From Amphiscolops sp. MND2022 (taxonomy: Eukaryota): 64,000 nucleotides of DNA. A program made the position numbers and the translations under genes. The notes under the pieces were generated by a model that was not told the DNA's origin, did no database searches, and saw only the letters and a list, made by a program, of their open reading frames with translations. The DNA is taken from the NCBI GenBank assembly GCA_964187785.1, contig OZ076409.1, forward strand, positions 23,810,001 through 23,874,000. The letters are read 5' to 3'. Positions 58,911 to 64,000 of the stretch are shown in pieces (within the stretch, counting starts at the first letter, position 1; every line of letters begins with the position of its first letter).

Positions 58911-60257
58911 TGTGGAGCTGCATGAAAGAATAGCAAAAATAGACAAACTGAGAAAGCGTTACGAAATTTTGATGACGTCAATGGCACCGCCCGAAGGCGA
59001 AGAGGAGAGATCGGCAGCTTATTACGTCATCAAAGCGGCCCAGGAGAAAGAAGAGCTGCAACGAAAAGGTGACATGTTGGATGCCAAAATCCGAAAAGCC
59101 GAGAAAGAGATCCGAGCGCTGGAAAATACACTTCGGCTACTGAATGGAAGAAACGAGACTTACAGGAAGAGTTTCAACAGTGTTAAGGATACGAGTGAAG
59201 TCGTTGAAGATAAGGAAAAACTTGAGCAGCAAAGGAGAACTGTTCTGGATAAAGTGAAGTACAAGAGACGCCAGCTTAGGGAGATTCAAGACGATCTTCA
59301 TATGATGCAAACAAGTTTAGCTAGAGTTCAGCAAGAAGATAGCGGTTTGAAGGGATTGAATGAGGAAAAAATCAAAAGGATACAAATGGTACAACAGGAA
59401 ATAGTCGAACAACAGGAAAAGATATCCAGGGCCCAGAAAACTGTATCCAGGGAAGCAAGATCATTGCGACAGTCTAAACAGTCTAGCTCCCAGACGATTG
59501 AAGAACGAGATTTCGAGTTACGTGAGCTCAGAGACTTCAATCGTAACGTTATGAAGCAGATTGCTGACATAATGGTCACAAATGCTTCCGCTGCTCCAGA
59601 CATTTTGGTCATGTTCCGGCAAGCTGGTCTGGATGCCCCGCCGGGCTCTGCTACCAGCAGCAGAGCCTCTTCCCAGCTCAGTTCGGCCCGATCAGATCAG
59701 ATACCCACAGGTCAATTCCACAGTATCTCAATTAAGTAAGGTATGGTAGCACATCTGCAGCTAAGTGATCGCGAAATAGTCCATCTGAAGCTTTGGTTCC
59801 AAAATGACTTCCTCAAGATCATGGAGGTCTGACTGGCTGCTCGCCGTTGCTTTTTAGGTGAGCGACGCGTAAGCGGAGCGAAGCCTTTGCCGCGATCTGC
59901 GGTCAAATTTAAACGAATTGATCTGTTTTTTATCATCCCGTCTGAAAATTCGACATCCTTCTCCGTTGTTTTTCTTCGAAACGTTATAACTCGAACCACG
60001 TTAATCGCAACGCTCTACTTTATTGAAAAAAACTCAGCGAGTTCGCAATTGGTCGTCGTGTAAGTTCAGTTGTTTCGGCGACAGAAACTTGAAAAATGAT
60101 AAATTTGAGAGGGCAAATTTCTTAATTCTAATTAAGGGCTTTAACTTTAGCCAATGAGCGTGAAAGTTACATGAATCGAAGGGACGAGAAGCCCCGCGAA
60201 GTTTCATGTAACTTGGGTTTTGAAAAAATTCCACAACGGTGAAATTGGTCATTAATT
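58911..60257 (+). pseudogene. Partial tandem duplicate of the CCDC39 3' region with internal deletion
   Basis: 58911-59711 copies 57026-57826; 59711-60257 copies 58360-58905; lacks the 5' two-thirds of the gene and the native C-terminus. Confidence 0.9.
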
Positions 60258-61517
60258 TTAGAAAAAGTTCGCAAAATTTCTTTCTAAAATTATTATGAGC
60301 AAAATGATTGCTACGATAAGGCATAGTATCTTTGGGTCCTTTATGAGAAGCAATGCGTCAAGAAGCGCTGCAAATGTTCATATGTTCATGTATTTTGTAT
60401 CGACAAACAAATTTCTGGTACAGAGAAAAAGGCCGTTAGTTTTTAGAATAATTTCGAAAAATTTCTTCAAAAGGTTCTGTCGCAGGCTGCCGCGTGTGAT
60501 GGCACCAAAATAACGACATCGACGACCGGACAGGAGGCAGTGGCAGGTACCTTACCAATATATTAAAACAAACTTAGACTGAATCTCATTTTATTATTTT
60601 TAGTATTTTAGATAAGTTTTTTTAATGGAAAATTATTAGTCTGTTAACAATTGCGAGAATATTCAAAATAAAGTGTGAATTATTAAAAGCGTTGGAATGT
60701 AAGTTTGCTGTAAGAATGTCGATTGCAATGCAAAAGTGAATAACTGCGTAGACACGGAAACGAGTTCAAATGAGCTCCTGTACTTCTACGGCAGCGAAAG
60801 TTTCCGGCAAACAAGCAACCATTCACAGCTCTTCAAATATGTACGCAGTAATATTGTTTGCCGGTTACGGCCGCTTGACTGTGTTTTAATGATGCTTTGT
60901 AAAATTTGGGCAATTGGCCGGTTCGGGCCAGACTATTATTTGTACCCCTGCTCCATTAATCTGCTTATGTTGCTATTATTTCATACATTGAGAGGGGAAT
61001 TATTTCTAATGTGATGAAATACAATGAATATGTTTGTTGTGAATGTTACCTAATTTGTGTCATATGTACCAGTCTTTGGACAGGTCCCGGCTGTTGTTTG
61101 AAAAAACTCTACGCTAGCTGGCCGAGTTAGGCTACCACGTTAAATAAACCCCTTACATGTAATTTGCAGTTTGCTTTATTCACATAGCCTATTATGCTTC
61201 ACGCGTCAACGCATGCTTGGAATTGATTGTGATGCATATTTGTAATACCTTTTGCGATTTGCTGACATTCTTGAGAAATTGTTTTGATAGATAGTGATGA
61301 GTTATTTGTTTGAAGTTGCTTTCAAAAGGGTAGTTTGACCATTCCGTGTTTCCCCGTAGCTTTGATGCTCCTTGAAGCTGATGGTCAGGGATAGATACCG
61401 CCAACTCCATGAGCTTGACGCTTGACACAATTTCTCCGAACTCTGAAGTGTTCAAAACGTTCAGTGAAAGTCCAATTTCCCGATGAAATAATTCAATTAT
61501 TACTATCGGGTTTCTTC

Positions 61518-62085
61518 ATGCCTACCACGAGAAAACAGAAGAAAGCTAGAAAATCTAGAGGAGCAGAAATATTTTCAGACATTGAAAATCTCGACATAGT
61601 GCTAGAAGGGAACAACCCTGATAAGGAAAGTGAACTCAGTAACTATGTTGAAAGGTCAGAAAGCCCTAGCTATAACACATTGGCGAACCCTGATGCGAAT
61701 TCTCACCCTAACTCTAGAGAAGATTAGATCAGGGGTTTTGCCGGAAACGCTCGAAACTCAGGAGAGATTGATTCAAGCAGTGAAATCTGGGAAATTGAAT
61801 CAAAGGATCACTCAAGAAATGAGTGACCTCATAAGTAGTGTTAGTTCACAAATACGAAGAGCCATAAATGAGGCAATAAACGAACAAGTTCTGCCTCAAA
61901 TCCAGGCTACTTTGAAGTCCGGACAAGTGCAGATACCTAATAGAAGGTGGGAAGTTCCGGCGAGAAGACCGGGATGTAGATCCGCAGAAGCCCTAAATTG
62001 TATATTTAGAAGCAGTTCAAGAGATGAGCTCCCTAGGGATATGAACAGAAACGAGGATCTAGAGGACACTCATTACAGGTACTGA
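61518..62085 (+). pseudogene. Decayed ORF, probably retrotransposon-derived
   Basis: MPTTRKQKKARKSR.. with an in-frame stop at 61725 and a frameshift; coiled-coil segment; ends near ..CATTACA (LTR-like end); no TSD found. Confidence 0.3.
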
Positions 62086-63332
62086 GAGCAAAATTATTCC
62101 TCAAAAAAGGTAGTTTTTCCCAAAAGGTAGTGTGAATTCTACTGAAGCATAGTTTACTGATGCCGTTAGCTGTATCTGTTAATCTTCTCCTAGGTTTTGC
62201 GTGCATACCGATGTGGGTCCAGATTTATTGTGAGCCTTGTGCAATGCTCCTTCGCCTCCATGTTTAGCCTTGTTTTCTTCGCTGAATGTGTTTGTCTTGA
62301 CAATACCACTAAGCAAAAAACGAAAGACTCGCTGCAGGCCTAATATTTACGAGAGGGTTTCGAACCTGATACCAACTTGATACAAACCGAATGCTCTAAC
62401 CAGCACACAATGCTGCCCAAAACTTGAGAGTTTGACATAGTTTTGAAGAAAAAATTGTCCATACAAAAGTATGCTAAGTAACTGATACTCGTGTGTTTTC
62501 CAATTCTCCTAATGCTCCAGGAAAACCACAAATTGCACAAAAACTGCAGAAAACACTCGAATTACAAAAATTCGTAGTATGTGTATCCTTAGTAGCCAGA
62601 TATGAGCTCTGTGAGTTTTCATATCCAAAAAAAGCGTCTGAATCTTAGTGGATTTTATACATACAAAAATTTGCAATAGTTGCACCAAAATTGCATAACT
62701 TGATCAGTTTTTTTAAAGAAAGTTCACTGTTGGGACATTTCAGGGGCAAAGCAAAGCCTGAAATCTATCTTCATATAAATGTGGCAGGCATTTAAATGTT
62801 TCATCGTTGAATTTCGTGAATATCCATTCCCACTAAAAGTTTTAAAAAATTTCGCATTTAATGATCAAAATTGTTTTCTTTTTATTCATTTCATGGTAGT
62901 TTTTTATAACAATGTTTCTAAAAATGCTCGAATATCTCCACAAATGCATATGTCACAAGCCTATTTCTTTGACAGTTGAGTTTATGAAAACCCCGTCTTT
63001 TGGGTTTAAAGTGGGTTATGGCGAATTTTAATGAAAACGAACGCGGCTCATTTTCTCTTCCATATGGGAATATTGGCGGAAAAATAATCCTACTTAGTTA
63101 GAGACAGTCAATGATTAAAATTTGAAGGAAGAGATGATTTTGTATGCAGATTGAAAATAGTTATATGCATCTTCAATAGATCAGCGTAAATTTTTATAGA
63201 TTTTACGTTTTGAAACTTAATTCTTGCTTATCTATCATACGTCATATGACAAGTGGAATACACGAACCCATGGGCACACTTTTTCATTTCCTTTGAAAGA
63301 CGTAAATCTTTTGAAAGACGTACTCGTAAATT

Positions 63333-63705
63333 AAAACAGGCCGGGACCGACCCAAGTCGGCGCCATATCTAAGGCTCAAAAATAGCAAAAAGACTTCAAA
63401 ATGTCAAATTATTGGTGAATTGGGGACCCTTTTATGAAAAAAAATTGAAAAAAAGTCTCATAATGCCAAAAAAACTGAAAGGGGGACCCTTTGGTCTCAT
63501 CCGGTATTGTGTTACGCGGGAAACCTTTTTGGTTCAGTTCCATGGGCTAACGGGTACAATTTGGCGTCTTCTTGAAATTTTGTAAACTTTTGGGGTAGAA
63601 CTATTTTGGTCACTTCAGGTGTATCGAAAAAAATTTTTAAAAAACCACTGACGAAAATCCATGACTATAGTCGACTCTTTTCTCTAGAAAAGCGCCGACT
63701 AAAAA
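63333..63705 (-). mobile_element. HINE-like family A, full length
   Basis: AAAACAGGCCGGGACCGACCCAAGTCGGCGCCATATCT at left; AGTCGACTCTTTTCTCTAGAAAAGCGCCGACTAAAAA hairpin at right. Confidence 0.75.
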
Positions 63706-64000
63706 CAGACACCAATCATACAAAACTAAATGCAACTTTGTTAGTCATCAATACACATATATAATTCGTGTAATAACAAAATTCTAAATAATATTTCTAA
63801 TCAAATATTTATTTTGATATTGCGCTTCGCACTTGCCAATTCTATTCTAAAATGAGATGTTTTTTCTTAAACCTTCTCACAGCCTACTTCCATGTCTAAA
63901 GCATTTTTTAAACAAGCGACATTGCAATATTGAGTCTTTAATCTTTACTGCCGTCTATTTCACTTTTTGGGAAAGTGAATATTTCTTTCTGTCGGTGTCT

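Noticed and set aside
60736..61157. 3' end of another LTR element (PPT-like GAGAGGGGAA, AATAAA..TTACA)
   Set aside because: No partner LTR, TSD or clear pol motif in the window.
62350..62412. Minus-strand tRNA
   Set aside because: Only a B-box-like GGTTCGAAACC; no cloverleaf; at most a SINE remnant.

Overview
AT-rich animal genomic DNA; the species cannot be identified from sequence alone. The first ~16.6 kb is the right-hand part of an apparently intact Polinton/Maverick (endogenous Polintovirus). It encodes a packaging ATPase, RVE integrase, minor and major capsid proteins, basic core protein, adenain protease and protein-primed PolB, followed by a 13 x 83-bp array. Its likely right terminus is ACTACT at 16643. 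On that boundary, the element also carries a strongly diverged, intronless ribosomal protein uS5/RPS2 homologue and a tRNA-derived Pol III unit, plus a small ORF with PP1-docking-like motifs; together these are the most unusual signal in the window. The Polinton appears to lie in the last intron of PABPN1. The rest contains AKAP10 (2 exons), an 8-exon FLYWCH-MULE transposase-derived gene with altered catalytic motifs, ATRAID (4 exons, minus strand) with a decayed Ty3/Gypsy element and two back-to-back long palindromes in intron 1, and CCDC39 with an apparently non-canonical first intron and a partial tandem duplicate. There is also a pogo/Tigger relic, MITEs and two families of Helentron-associated (HINE-like) repeats. 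All homology calls are by recalled motifs, not database searches.
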